The notes under the pieces are model-generated. The model had not been told where the DNA came from and searched no databases. It saw nothing but the letters and a program-made list of their open reading frames with translations. A stretch of DNA of 64,000 bases from an uncultured Acidobacteriota bacterium. Lineage in GTDB: Bacteria > Acidobacteriota > Vicinamibacteria > Vicinamibacterales > UBA2999. The first letter of the stretch is position 1. Every line of letters begins with the position of its first letter. Shown one piece after another: positions 10,853 through 22,678 of this stretch. The stretch is taken from the NCBI GenBank assembly GCA_963713655.1, contig CAVQMT010000013.1, forward strand, positions 25,422-89,421, read 5' to 3'. Made by a program: the position numbers and the translations under genes.

Positions 10853-13314
10853 ATGAATGCCGACCTGGTCTCGTGGCTCGACTGGAAGCTGGGCGCGCGT
10901 ATGCTGCTGAAGCATCCCGCGCTCACGATCATCGGCGGCCTCTCGCTGGCGGCGGCCATCGCGATTGGGGTGGTCGGCATCGAAGTCGCCGGCGAACTGC
11001 TGTACAAACGGCTGCCGTTCGATGAAGGCAGCCGAGTCGTGCGCCTGGAGACGCAGGACGTGGCGGCGTCACGCGTGGAGCAAAGGGTGCTCCACGATTT
11101 CGCGATCTGGCGGCGGTCTCTCAAGACGGTGGCGGAACTCGGCGCCGCGCGCGTGAGCGAGCGCAACGTGCTCACGGGCGAAGGCCGCGTCGAAGCCCTG
11201 CGCGTGGCGGAGATCACGGCGTCGGCGTTTCCCCTCACCCGCGTGCCGCCGCTGCTCGGCAGGCCGCTGCAGCCGACGGACGAAATGCCGGGTGCGGAGC
11301 CCGTCGTGGTCCTGGGTTACGACGTCTGGCAGAGACAGTTCCTGCACGACCCGGCAATCATCGGCCGCGTCGTGACCGTGGGTCGCACGGCTCGCACCGT
11401 GGTGGGCGTGATGCCGCCGCGCTTCGGCTTCCCGCACAATCAGCAGGTATGGGTGCCATTGCCGGTCCAGGACGCGCCGCCGCGCGAAGGGCCGGCCGTG
11501 CAAGTGTTCGGCCGCCTCGCCGACGGCGCGAGCTGGCAGGATGCTGCGGCGGAGCTCGACGTCGTCTCGGCACGCTTTGCCGCCGACCAGCCGACCACCC
11601 ACGCGCAGCTGCGGACGCGCGTTCGCGCATTCGCCGGGCGCACGCCGGGTGATCCGCTGCGGCTGGAAGATCTGGCGGTCCACGCCATCGTCCTGCTGCT
11701 GCTGGGGGCGGTGTCGGCGAACGTCGCGACGCTGATCTTCGCGCGCACGGTGATGCGCGAATCGGAGATGGTCGTCCGTCACGCGCTGGGGGCGAGCCGT
11801 GCCCGCGTGATCGCGCAGATCGTCACCGAAGCGCTCGTGCTGGCCCTCGCCGCTGCCGTGCTCGGGCTCGTCGTGGCCCAGACGACCGTGCGCTATGCCT
11901 GGGCCCGGGCGAGTCAGATCACTGGGGAAGACCTTCCGTTCTGGGTGGATCTGACGCTCGAGCCTGCCACCATCGCGTATGCGCTGCTGCTCGCGCTCGT
12001 CGCCGCGGCACTGATCGGCCTGCTGCCGGCACTGAAGGCCACGGGCATGTCGGTCCAGCGGGGACTGCAGGGGATTACGAGCACCGGCGGGACGATGGGG
12101 TTCGGCGGCATCTGGTCGTTCATCATCGGCGCGCAGGTGGCGTGCACGCTGCTGTTCGTGCCCGCCGCGGTGGGAATCTTCACCAACTCCCTCTACGACC
12201 AGTCGACGGTGGAAGCGTTTCCGACGGAGCGTTACCTCACCTTCCGTCTCAGCATGGATAACGAGGCGCTGGCCGGCGAGCATGGTGTGCCTGACGATGG
12301 GCAGATCGGCGCGCGTCGCTCGCTCGCATACGAAGAATTCGCGGGCCGATTGCGTCAAGAGCCTGGTGTGACGCACGTGACGCACGGCGATCGCCTGCCG
12401 ACGACGTCCCCGGAGTTGGTGGCGCTGGAAATGGAGCAGGACGGTGCACCCCGGCTCGCCTGCAGGGCAATTTCGAGGGCGGATTCGCCATGGCTGCTGT
12501 CGGTGCTGGCTATCACGAGGCGTTCGGCGCCGGGATCGTGGCCGGCCGCGGCTTGCATGCCGCTGACGCTGGGGCGCCGAACGGGCCCGTCGTGGTCAAC
12601 GAGACATTCATGCGCGTGTTGGGCAGGAATCCCGTGGGCGCACGAATCCGAACGGTCCAGCGGGGCAGCGAGCGCGAGCCGGGACCGTGGCACGAGATCG
12701 TCGGCGTGGTCACCGATCTGTGGACGTTCCCCGCCGATTGGGGTGGGGCGGCGTACCTCTATCCCGCAGCCTCCGTGGCGGAGGTCGATCCTGTCGTGGT
12801 CGCCGTGCGCGTCGCGGGGGACGCGGCGCCGCTTGCGCCCCGCGTCGCCGCCCTTGCGCGGCAGGTCGATGCGGGTCTGCACGTCCGGGATATCGTCACC
12901 CTCGACGACATCGCCGCACAGGAGCAAAGCCGGATGGTGGGCGGCAGCGTCGTCTTCGGCAGCGTTCTGCTCGTGGCGCTGGTCTTCTCGGCGGCCGGTC
13001 TGTACGCGCTCATGGCCGTCGCCGTGGCGCGTCGCACCCGCGAGATCGGCATCCGTATCGCACTCGGCGCCAACTCCCGGCGCGTGCTCGGCAGCGTGTT
13101 CGCTCGTGCCGGTCGGCAGCTCGGCGGCGGCATCATCGCCGGCAACAGCCTCATCCTGCTCCTCGCGTGGCGCGCCGACAGCCTGACCGCGGAGCTCCTC
13201 GTCTCGTCGGTGATGACGTCCGTCATCATGGCGGCCGTGGGCGTGCTGGCGTGCGCCGCACCGGCGCGCCGAGCGCTGCGCGTTCAACCGACCGAGGCGC
13301 TGCGGCAGGGTTGA
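10853..13314 (+). CDS. ADOP family duplicated permease (MacB/FtsX-like, two permease halves; 1 frame break near 12480)
   Basis: ORFs 10754..13186 and 12490..13314. ATG 10853 has GGAGG upstream. Two MacB-type periplasmic domains, each followed by an FtsX-type TM bundle (..REIGIRIALGA..). Architecture matches the acidobacterial duplicated orphan permease family. Confidence 0.85.
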
Positions 13315-13317
13315 CCA

Positions 13318-13352
13318 AAGACCGACGACCGAAGACCGAAGACCGAAGACTG
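13318..13352 (-). repeat. (GTCTTCG)-type heptanucleotide tandem repeat, 5 units, inverted orientation
   Basis: AAGACCG ACGACCG AAGACCG AAGACCG AAGACTG, between the convergent ADOP permease and hydrolase genes. Confidence 0.8.
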
Positions 13353-13370
13353 ATCTGGCCGCCGTCCTTG

Positions 13371-14555
13371 CTATCGGCCGAGCAGATCCGCCCAGAACGC
13401 GATCAGCCGGCCGGCCTCGCCGTAGTCACCCGACCGGTCCAGTTCCGCGTGCGTGATGATGCGGCTGAGGAGCACGCGCACGGTCGGCGCCTTTGGCCCG
13501 CAGCGTATCGCCGAGCAGCACCGATTCCGCGGGCGGGATCACCGTGTCCTCGTCGCCGTGCAGCAGGAACACCGGCGCGGCCGGCGGCGGCGCGCGCTGA
13601 GGCGACAGCGCCGGCTCGGTGACGCCCAGCTGATCGAGGTACGGCACCAGCACCGGCCCCAGCTTGGCGACCGCGCGATCGTTGACGTAGGTCATGTAGG
13701 TGCGTGACGGTTCCGGCAGCGCGGTCGCCATGTCGCGGGCTTTCTGGAACGTCGCGTTGGCCTGATCCATGTTCACGAGCGTCAGCTGCGACGCGAGCAG
13801 GAAGGTGCGCACGCCGTCCCGCAGCGCCGCTACCTGGTCGGCCGGCACGACGCCGCTGTCCGCGAGCGCGTAGAGAATGACCGCCACGCCGTAATCGTGC
13901 GGCGGGTGCACTGCCACGCCGGGCACCGGCGTCTCCTCACCTGTCGCCAGATAGTGCATCACCCGCGGCAGGTCGCCATGGCCGCCGAACGACAGCACGA
14001 ACGCCACCTTGTCGCGGATGCCCGGCCGTCCGGCCGCGGACGTCGACAGGCCGCCGGCAAAGCTCACGCCGGCCATGCCGACGCGTCCGTCGGGCGCCAG
14101 CGCCGGCTGCGCCGCCATCCACGACACCGCGTCCTCGAGCACGTCCGTCGCCGCCGGGGTGATGCGGTACTGCATCAGGTCCGGCAGCGCCAGGGTCATC
14201 ACCGGGTAACCCGTGGCCGCCAGGTCGGCGGCCAACCCCTTGAGGCGCGGCTCCTCGATGCCCATCGAGTGGATGCCGGGCACGAGCAGGATGGTGTGGC
14301 GTGTGCTGCCAGCCGGCCGGTAGAAGCGCGCCGGTACGGGGCCATGGCGTGTCGGCACCTGGTGCGGCGGTGCCGCCTCGAACGCGTAGTCCGTGCGCCC
14401 GACCAAGTCGCCGACCGGGCCGCTGGTATTCGAGACTCGCAACAGCAGCGCCGCCGCGCGGGCGTAGGGCAGGAGCAGGAACGGCGGCGCCGGCGATGAT
14501 GATCGACCAGCGCGACGACGATGCGAATGATCCAGCGACGCATGCGGGGGGACAT
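13371..14555 (-). CDS. membrane-anchored alpha/beta hydrolase fold protein (at least 3 frame breaks)
   Basis: Core ORF 13426..14442(-) with ILLVPGIHSMG, GMAGVSFAGG and VFLLHGDEDTVIP. N-terminal anchor in ORF 14199..14555(-). C-end in another frame reaches TAG (complement of 13371-13373). Confidence 0.6.
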
Positions 14556-14574
14556 GGTAGCGCCGTTGATTCAG

Positions 14575-14645
14575 CTTCCGGCTCCCGGCTCTCGGCTTTA
14601 GGCTCTGGGCTCTGGCGCACCTGAAGCCCGGAGACCGGAGCCAGG
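14575..14645. repeat. heptad tandem repeat (CTNNNGG)x6 plus a partial complementary arm, in a divergent promoter region
   Basis: CTTCCGG CTCCCGG CTCTCGG CTTTAGG CTCTGGG CTCTGGC ... GCCCGGAGACCGGAGCCAGG. Confidence 0.65.
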
Positions 14646-14667
14646 CGCACTGTAAACTGATACTCCG

Positions 14668-15316
14668 ATGATCATTGCGATTGACGGCCCGTCAGGGGCG
14701 GGCAAGGGCACGGTGGCGCGAGCCGTGTCGGAGAAGTTGGGCTATCGGCACATTGACACCGGCGCGATGTACCGCGCCGTCGGCTGGAAGGCCTTGCACG
14801 ACGGCGTGGCGCTCGACGACGAAGCGGCGGTGGCGGCGTTGGCCGAGCATGCCGACCTCGTGGTCGAGGCCGGCGTGGTGGCGGTGGACGGCCACGACGT
14901 CACGCAGGCGATCCGCACCCCCGAGATGGACAAGACCGCGGCCGCCGTGGCGCGGCTGCCCCGGGTGCGCGCGGCGCTGGTGGCGCGGCAGCGGGCGATT
15001 GGTGCGCAAGGTGGCGTGGTGATGGAGGGCCGGGACATCGGCACCGTGGTGTTCCCCGACGCGACGGTGAAGGTCTACCTGGATGCCTCCGCCGACGAGC
15101 GCGCCCGCCGGCGGGCGAACGACACCGCCCATTCGGGCGGCGGCGCCGGCCAGGCGGCCGTCGCTGCGGCGCTGGCCGCCCGGGACCGCTCGGATACGAC
15201 GCGCCCGGCGTCGCCGCTCACGGTCGCCGCAGGACGCCGTGGTGATCGACACGACCGACGTGCCGGTGGACGAGGTGGTGCGCCGCGTGCTGGACCTGGT
15301 GCAGCGCCAACTCTAG
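14668..15316 (+). CDS. cmk: cytidylate kinase (1 frame break near 15230)
   Basis: IIAIDGPSGAGKGT P-loop, IDTGAMYRA, MEGRDIGTVVFPDA. C-end in ORF 15083..15316 (VVIDTTD..). Confidence 0.9.
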
Positions 15317-15398
15317 CCCGCGCGAAGCGCGGGCAAACAGACACTGCTCTAGCGAGGCGGAGCCTGAACGCCTGCCGGCGTGGGCGGAGCCTCGCTAG
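15316..15398 (-). repeat. composite two-hairpin intergenic repeat, copy A (inverted orientation)
   Basis: GCCCGCGC-GAA-GCGCGGGC, then AAACAGACACTGCT, then CTAGCGAGGC-N30-GCCTCGCTAG. Its reverse complement aligns almost base for base with 59438-59525. Confidence 0.8.
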
Positions 15399-15399
15399 C

Positions 15400-15798
15400 C
15401 TAGCGCTCGTCGAAGTCGTCGGACGAGGCCGGGTCGTATTCCCAGCGGTGCCGATCGCGCTCCACGATCCGATCGGCGCCCTCCAGTTCCTCGTTGTCGT
15501 CGTATTCCACGCCGACCGCGACGCCGATGTCGTCCACGACGTTCTGGTCGGGCGTCGGGTTGTCCCCGCCCGGCGCTTCATCGCCGACGCTGTAGGCGGA
15601 TTCCCAATCGGCGTCCACGTCGCCGCCAGTCAGTGCTGGGCTGGTCTCGGTGTGCTTGTCGTAGCGCTCGCGAAGCTCCTGCCGCCCGCTGCGCGCGGCC
15701 GATGCCGAGCGGTCCAGGCCGAGTGACGAAGGGGGCGTCGGCGACACCAGATCGTCGTCGTCCTGCACCCGACGCCGGTCGCGACCCAGGTCGAGCAC
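15400..15798 (-). CDS. acidic hypothetical protein (conserved LTGGDVDADWE..GDEAPGGDNPTPDQNVVDDIG motif; possibly a DUF6335-type family)
   Basis: ORF 15400..15798(-), D/E-rich. The family assignment is from memory only. Confidence 0.5.
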   Translation of the reverse strand: MLDLGRDRRRVQDDDDLVSPTPPSSLGLDRSASAARSGRQELRERYDKHTETSPALTGGDVDADWESAYSVGDEAPGGDNPTPDQNVVDDIGVAVGVEYDDNEELEGADRIVERDRHRWEYDPASSDDFDER

Positions 15799-15817
15799 GT
15801 GCTTCCGCTTGGCCAGC

Positions 15818-16223
15818 TCAGGCGGTGAGAAGCTTGCGCGCGGGGGCCCTGGGCGCGCGGGGGGCGGTCTTGGCGACTGGTCGGGGCGCGGCCTTCTTGG
15901 CGACGGCCTTCGAGGCCTTGGCGACGACCTTCACGGCCGGCTTCGGGGCAACGCGCCGCTTTGCCGTGAACGGGCTTGGCAGCCTTGGCGCGCGCCAGGC
16001 GGCGCTTGGCCGAGGCAGACTTGGCCGCGCGAGGCCTTCGGACGGCTGCGTCTTGGTCCGGACCACGACCTTCCGGCTGGACGGCCTGCGCGGTGCGCTT
16101 GGCGGATGTGGCCTTTCGCGCCGCGCGCGGACTGCGCTTTCGCTGGTGGGCGGTTGCCCGGCGTGCCCGCTTTGCCGGTCCGGGCGCGGGCCGTCGCCGC
16201 CGAGCCGCCTTCCGTTTGGCCAT
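15818..16223 (-). CDS. Lys/Ala/Pro-rich basic protein, histone H1-like (frame breaks)
   Basis: ORF 15630..16223(-) N-terminus [23 protein letters not shown] 15818..16066(-) C-end KPAVKVVAKASKAVAKKAAPRPVAKTAP. Low-complexity basic composition. Confidence 0.5.
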
Positions 16224-16241
16224 GAGGGTCCTTTCGCTTCC

Positions 16242-16271
16242 TTGACAGGCGGCCGTTAAGTCACGTAAAGT
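16242..16271 (+). promoter_or_regulatory. candidate sigma-70-type promoter of rpsA (TTGACA-N18-TAAAGT)
   Basis: TTGACA at 16242-16247 and TAAAGT at 16266-16271, ~150 nt upstream of the rpsA ATG. AAGGAGG Shine-Dalgarno near 16404. Confidence 0.35.
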
Positions 16272-16422
16272 CTAATGCTTATCGGCACGCGAAGGCGGCT
16301 GTTCTTGGGGTCGCGGACTGGTCCGCGAACGCCTGGGCACCGACTCCTCTGGCCCTTATAGCGCGGGTAGCCGGCGCCCGCAACAGAAACCGGCAATCGG
16401 AACAAAGGAGGACCTTCAGGGA

Positions 16423-18232
<1,810 letters not shown>

Positions 18233-18321
18233 GATGCTGGCAAGCAGCCGGCGAGGCCGGGCCCGCTGCTGCGAGCAGCGTACGAGAGAGCGTGAAGCGA
18301 GTGAATACACCAGGCGGCAGC

Positions 18322-18690
18322 ATGACCAAGGCGGAGCTCGTGGAGGAAGTGTCACGAGTCTCCGACCTGACCAAGAAGCACTCCGAGGTCATCGTCGACA
18401 CCGTCTTCAAGAGCATCATCGACGCGCTGCATCGCGGCGAGAAGATCGAGCTCCGCGGATTCGGCAGCTTCCGGCTCCGCAAGCGCGAGCCGCGCAAGGG
18501 CCGCAACCCGAAGACCGGCGACAAGGTGGACGTGCCGCCGAAGAAGGTGCCGTACTTCAAGCCCGGCAAAGAGCTGAAGGACCTGATCAACAAGGAAGCC
18601 GAGGCGGCCGATGCCGCCGCGGCTGCCGCTCCGCCGGTCGCCCCCGGCGGCGTCCCGCAGTACCTGACTACCTCGACGAATCGCCTCTGA
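18322..18690 (+). CDS. HU/IHF family DNA-binding protein (IHF-beta-like)
   Basis: ATG 18322 in the frame of ORF 16423..18690. MTKAELVEEV.., GFGSFRLRKREPRKGRNPKTGDKVDVPPKKVPYFKPGKELK. Confidence 0.85.
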   Translation: MTKAELVEEVSRVSDLTKKHSEVIVDTVFKSIIDALHRGEKIELRGFGSFRLRKREPRKGRNPKTGDKVDVPPKKVPYFKPGKELKDLINKEAEAADAAAAAAPPVAPGGVPQYLTTSTNRL

Positions 18691-18704
18691 TAAGCTGGCC
18701 GCGG

Positions 18705-19196
18705 ATGGACCAACTCTGGTCGCCGTGGAGGCACGCCTACGTGACCGGCTCCGTTCCTCGCACGGACGCGCCCGGGTGCGTGTTCTGCGCCGCGCCGAAC
18801 GAGCCCGCCGAGCTGTCGCTCGTCGTGCACCGCGGCACGCACAACTACGTCATCCTCAACCGCTATCCCTACAACATCGGCCACGTGATGGTGCTCCCGT
18901 ACCGGCACGTGCCCTCGCTGGTCGATCTCTCGGCGAGCGAGTTGCACGAGTTCGCGGAGTTGACCCAGAAGGCAGAGGCGGTACTGACCGGGGCTTTCGA
19001 GCCGAACGGCATCAACGTCGGCATCAACCTGGGGCTGTCGGCAGGGGCGGGACTCAGCGAGCATCTGCACCTGCACATGGTGCCGCGGTGGACCGGCGAC
19101 ACCAACTTCATGAGCGTGGTGGGTGAGACCCGCGTGCTGTCCGAGGAGCTGCCGGTGACCGCCGCGCGCTTGAGGACGGTGTGGACTTCTCGCTGA
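18705..19196 (+). CDS. HIT family protein
   Basis: ATG 18705 in the frame of ORF 18234..19196. Histidine triad HLHLHMVPR, plus CVFC and NRYPYNIGHVMV. Confidence 0.85.
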   Translation: MDQLWSPWRHAYVTGSVPRTDAPGCVFCAAPNEPAELSLVVHRGTHNYVILNRYPYNIGHVMVLPYRHVPSLVDLSASELHEFAELTQKAEAVLTGAFEPNGINVGINLGLSAGAGLSEHLHLHMVPRWTGDTNFMSVVGETRVLSEELPVTAARLRTVWTSR

Positions 19197-20142
19197 GCGC
19201 GGCGCAGGCGGCGCGGCGGCGCGCTGGGCCGATCCCTGGCCGAAGGCCTGGGCGGCACATGGTCGCCCCTGGATGTGGTGCGGCGCGGGCGCGCGGCGCG
19301 GACTGTTCGATGCCGATGCCGACGGCGTGGCCGACGTCGTCCTGCTGGAGGCCATGGCGGCCGAGTCGGCCGCGCCCGCGGTGGCGCTGGCCCTGCACCT
19401 CACGGTGACGCGGGCGTCGGCGTCCGCACTTCCCGACGGCGTCGTGGGGGCGGTGGCTCTGACCTCAGACGCGGTGCCGGCCCTCGAAGACGATCGGCTG
19501 TCCGGACGCGCGAGCTGGCTGGCGCCGGTCCGAGGCCCCGGCCTGGCGGTGGTCGGGGCGAGACGCGGCGACGAGCTGGTGGCGTGCACAGGTCCGGCTC
19601 GACGCGCCGGGTGTGGTCGGTGCAGCCGGTGGAGACCAACGGGCTCGAAGGCTTGCCGTGCGCGCACCTGGAGCTTGTCGAACGCGCCGTGTGAGGTGTT
19701 GGGGCCGCCGCAGCCGGTGATGGCCTGGGCGCGGCTGCTGCTGGCGGCCGTGGGTCTGGGGATGGGCCGCCGGGCGCTGCGCGAGGCGCTGGTGGCCGCG
19801 CGAGCGCTGGAACGCCGCGGCCCGGGCGGCGAGCAGACCGTTCAGGGCTTGCTGGCCGACGCGGCCACCGAACTCGACGCGGCCATGGTGGTCGTGTGGG
19901 GAGCGGCGCAGGCGGCGCGCGTGGATCTCGCCGACGCGTCGATGGCCAAGCTGCTGGCGACCGAAGCGGCGCAGCGCGCCGTGCTCCGCGCCACGCAGGC
20001 GGTGGGCCTCGGCTCGTTCGAGCGCGGCCACGTGCTCGAACGCCTGTCTCAGGACGTGCGCGCTCTCGAGCTCTTCGCCGGGCGGACCGAGGCCCTTCGC
20101 GAGGCGGTGGCCGATCGTGTGCTGCCGCGCGCGGCGCGGTAG
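19181..20142 (+). CDS. divergent acyl-CoA dehydrogenase-like protein (frame breaks)
   Basis: Starts VDFSLSAAQ (ORF 19181..), continues in 19273..20142. The C-terminal helical domain resembles ACADs (..AKLLATEAAQRAVLRATQ..). Short, about 320 codons. Confidence 0.45.
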
Positions 20143-20214
20143 CGATCCAGCAGCATCGCCAGGTCGGCGTCGTCACGCAAACGATGGTTGCCTAACTGTG
20201 AGAAAGGGGGAGCC

Positions 20215-21212
20215 ATGGACCTGAAGGGCCAGATTGCGCTGGTGGCCGGGGCCACGCAGGGGCGCCGGGCGCGGCATCGCGCGGGCGCTCGCCGAGGCCG
20301 GGGCGACGGTCTACTGCACCGGCAGAAGCACGGCCGGGAAGCCGTCACCCTACAAGCGGCCGGAGACCATCGACGAGACGGCGGCGATGATCGCTGCCGC
20401 CGGCGGGCACGCGATCGCCGTGCGGGTGGACCACGCTGTCGAGGCCGAGGTCGAAGCGCTGGTGGCGCGGATCGTCAAGGAGCAGGGCCGCCTGGACATC
20501 CTGGTCGACAGCGTCGCCGGCGAGGACCCGCTGATGGGGCAATGGGCGTCGTTCTGGAAGGTGAATCTCGCCAAGGCCGACCAGGCGCTGCGCCAGTCGC
20601 TGGTGTCACACATCATCACCGCCAAACACGTGGCGCCGATCATGATCGAGCGCAAGCGCGGGCTGATCGTCGAGATCACGGAGAACGATTCCCTGGGCGG
20701 CGGCGGCAACCCCTTGGCCTGGTCGGTGAAGCTGGCAGTCAAGGGGCTGGCGTTGAACATGGCCAGCGAGCTGCACGAGCACGGCGTCACGGCGGTGGCC
20801 ATCACGCCCGGCTTCCTGCGCTCGGAGTCGATGCTCGAGGGCTGAAGGCGTCACCGAGGCGAACTGGCGCGACGCCGGCAAGGACGACAGCAACTTCCTG
20901 GAATCAGAGTCGCCGTTGTACGTCGGCCGGGCGGTGGCGGCGCTGGCCGCCGATCCGCGCATGTTCGATCGCACCGGCCAGCTGTGGAGCTCGTGGGAGC
21001 TCAGCCGCGTCTACGGGTTCACCGATGCCGACGGCCGGCGGCCGGACTGGGGCGCGCGCGCGATCGACTTCTCGATGCTGCCGCCGAGCTTCCTCGAGAT
21101 GTTCCGAACCGGTCTCCGGTTGCAGCAACAATGGCTCGGCCGTCTGCAGCAGAACACCGCGCGGCTAATGGGACAGCTGCCTCCGGAACACCCGTCCACG
21201 AGCGGCGTCTGA
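20215..21212 (+). CDS. SDR family oxidoreductase (at least 2 frame breaks)
   Basis: ATG 20215 after GAAAGGGGGA. IALVAGATxGxGRGIARALAEAGATVY Rossmann motif. Pieces 20234..20845 and 20916..21212. Confidence 0.75.
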
Positions 21213-21242
21213 CCCTTCCGTTGCCCAGGCACTAAGCCCTGG

Positions 21243-21461
21243 TTACTGCTCGCTGCCCGGCTCGTAGCCGGCGTCGCGGATGGCCGCGGCGATCGCCTGC
21301 GGCGTCACGGTGTTCTCGTCGTAGGTGACGGTGGCGGTCTGCTCTGCATGGGACGCGGAGACCTTGTTCACGCCAGGCAGCCGCGAAACCGCCCTGGTCA
21401 GCGAGCGCTCGCATCCCCCGCAGCTCATGCCGGTGACGTCGAATCGGCGCGTGACGGACAT
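21243..21461 (-). CDS. heavy-metal-associated (HMA) domain protein, CopZ-like
   Basis: 72-codon tail of ORF 21243..21974(-) from an internal ATG. GMSCGGC metal-binding motif. Confidence 0.8.
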   Translation of the reverse strand: MSVTRRFDVTGMSCGGCERSLTRAVSRLPGVNKVSASHAEQTATVTYDENTVTPQAIAAAIRDAGYEPGSEQ

Positions 21462-21481
21462 GGTGTTCCTCCTGCTGATGC

Positions 21482-22646
21482 TCACCCCAACAGCTGCTTG
21501 GCGATCGTCTGCAGCTGCAGGTTCGACGTGCCTTCGTAGATCTGGCCAATCTTGGCGTCGCGATACAGCTTCTCGACCGGATAGTCGCGGACGAAGCCGT
21601 AGCCGCCGAAAAGGTTCACCGCCAGCGACGCCGCCCGCTCCGCGACCTCGGACGCCACCAGCTTGCACATGGCTGCCTCGGTGACGAACGGCTGACCACC
21701 GTCGCGCAGGCGCGCGGCCTCGTAGACCATCAGCCTCGCGCCATGGATCTCGGCGGCGATGCGCGCAACCTGGAACTGGACGCCCTGGAACTCCGCAATC
21801 GTCTTGCCGAATTGCCGCCGCTCCTTGATGTGCGCCACCGCGTGGTCGAGCGCGCCCTGGGCCAGCCCTACCATCTGGGCGCCGATGCCGATGCGGCCCT
21901 CGTTGAGCGTCTCGATGGCGACCTTGTAGCCCTTGCCCACCTCGCCGAGGACCGACGTTCGCGGCACGCGGCATTGATCGAGCACGACCTCGCAGGTGCT
22001 GCTGGCACGGATGCCCAGCTTGTCCTCTTTCTTGCCGACGGCCAGGCCCGGCGTGTCACGCGCGATCAGGAATGCCGTCACGCCGCGGTAGCCGGCGGCG
22101 GGATCGACGGTCGCGAAGACGATGAAGAGGCCGGCCTCGCGCGCGTTGGTGATCCACAGCTTGCGCCCGGTGATCACGAAGTCGGCCCCGTCCTCGACGG
22201 CGCGCGTGGCCAGCGCGAACGCGTCGCTGCCCGAGCCTGCCTCGGACAAGGCGTAGGCGCCGATCGTGTCGCGCGCCAGGCGGGGCAGATGCTGCGCGGT
22301 CTGGTCGGCGCGCCCCCACTTCAACAGCGCGTTGACGACCAGCGTGTTCTGGACGTCCACCAGGACACCGACCGCCGGGTCGACCCGCGACAGCTCCTCG
22401 ACCGCGAGCACGGCGTGGAAGAAGGTCCCGCCCCCGCCGCCGAGCGTGTCGGGCGCCTCGATGGCCATGGCGCCGAGCGCGAACAGGCGAGTCCACCAGG
22501 GCCGGGTCCAGCTGGGCCTGCTCGTCCATACGACGCACGAGCGGCCGGATTTCGCGGTCAGCAAACTCAGCGAGGGAGTCGCGAAACAGCCGTTCGTCCT
22601 CGGCCAGCGCCGACAGGGCCTGCCGCGAAGACGCCTCGACGGTCAC
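21482..22646 (-). CDS. acyl-CoA dehydrogenase (short/butyryl-type; 1 frame break near 22500)
   Basis: ORF 21482..22564(-) with ALSEAGSGSDA, GYGFVRDYPVEKLYRDAKIGQIYEGTSNLQ. N-terminus from GTG 22646 in the frame of ORF 22056..23099(-). Confidence 0.9.
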
Positions 22647-22678
22647 AGGCGCAATGCTATCATCGCGATCACAGGCCG

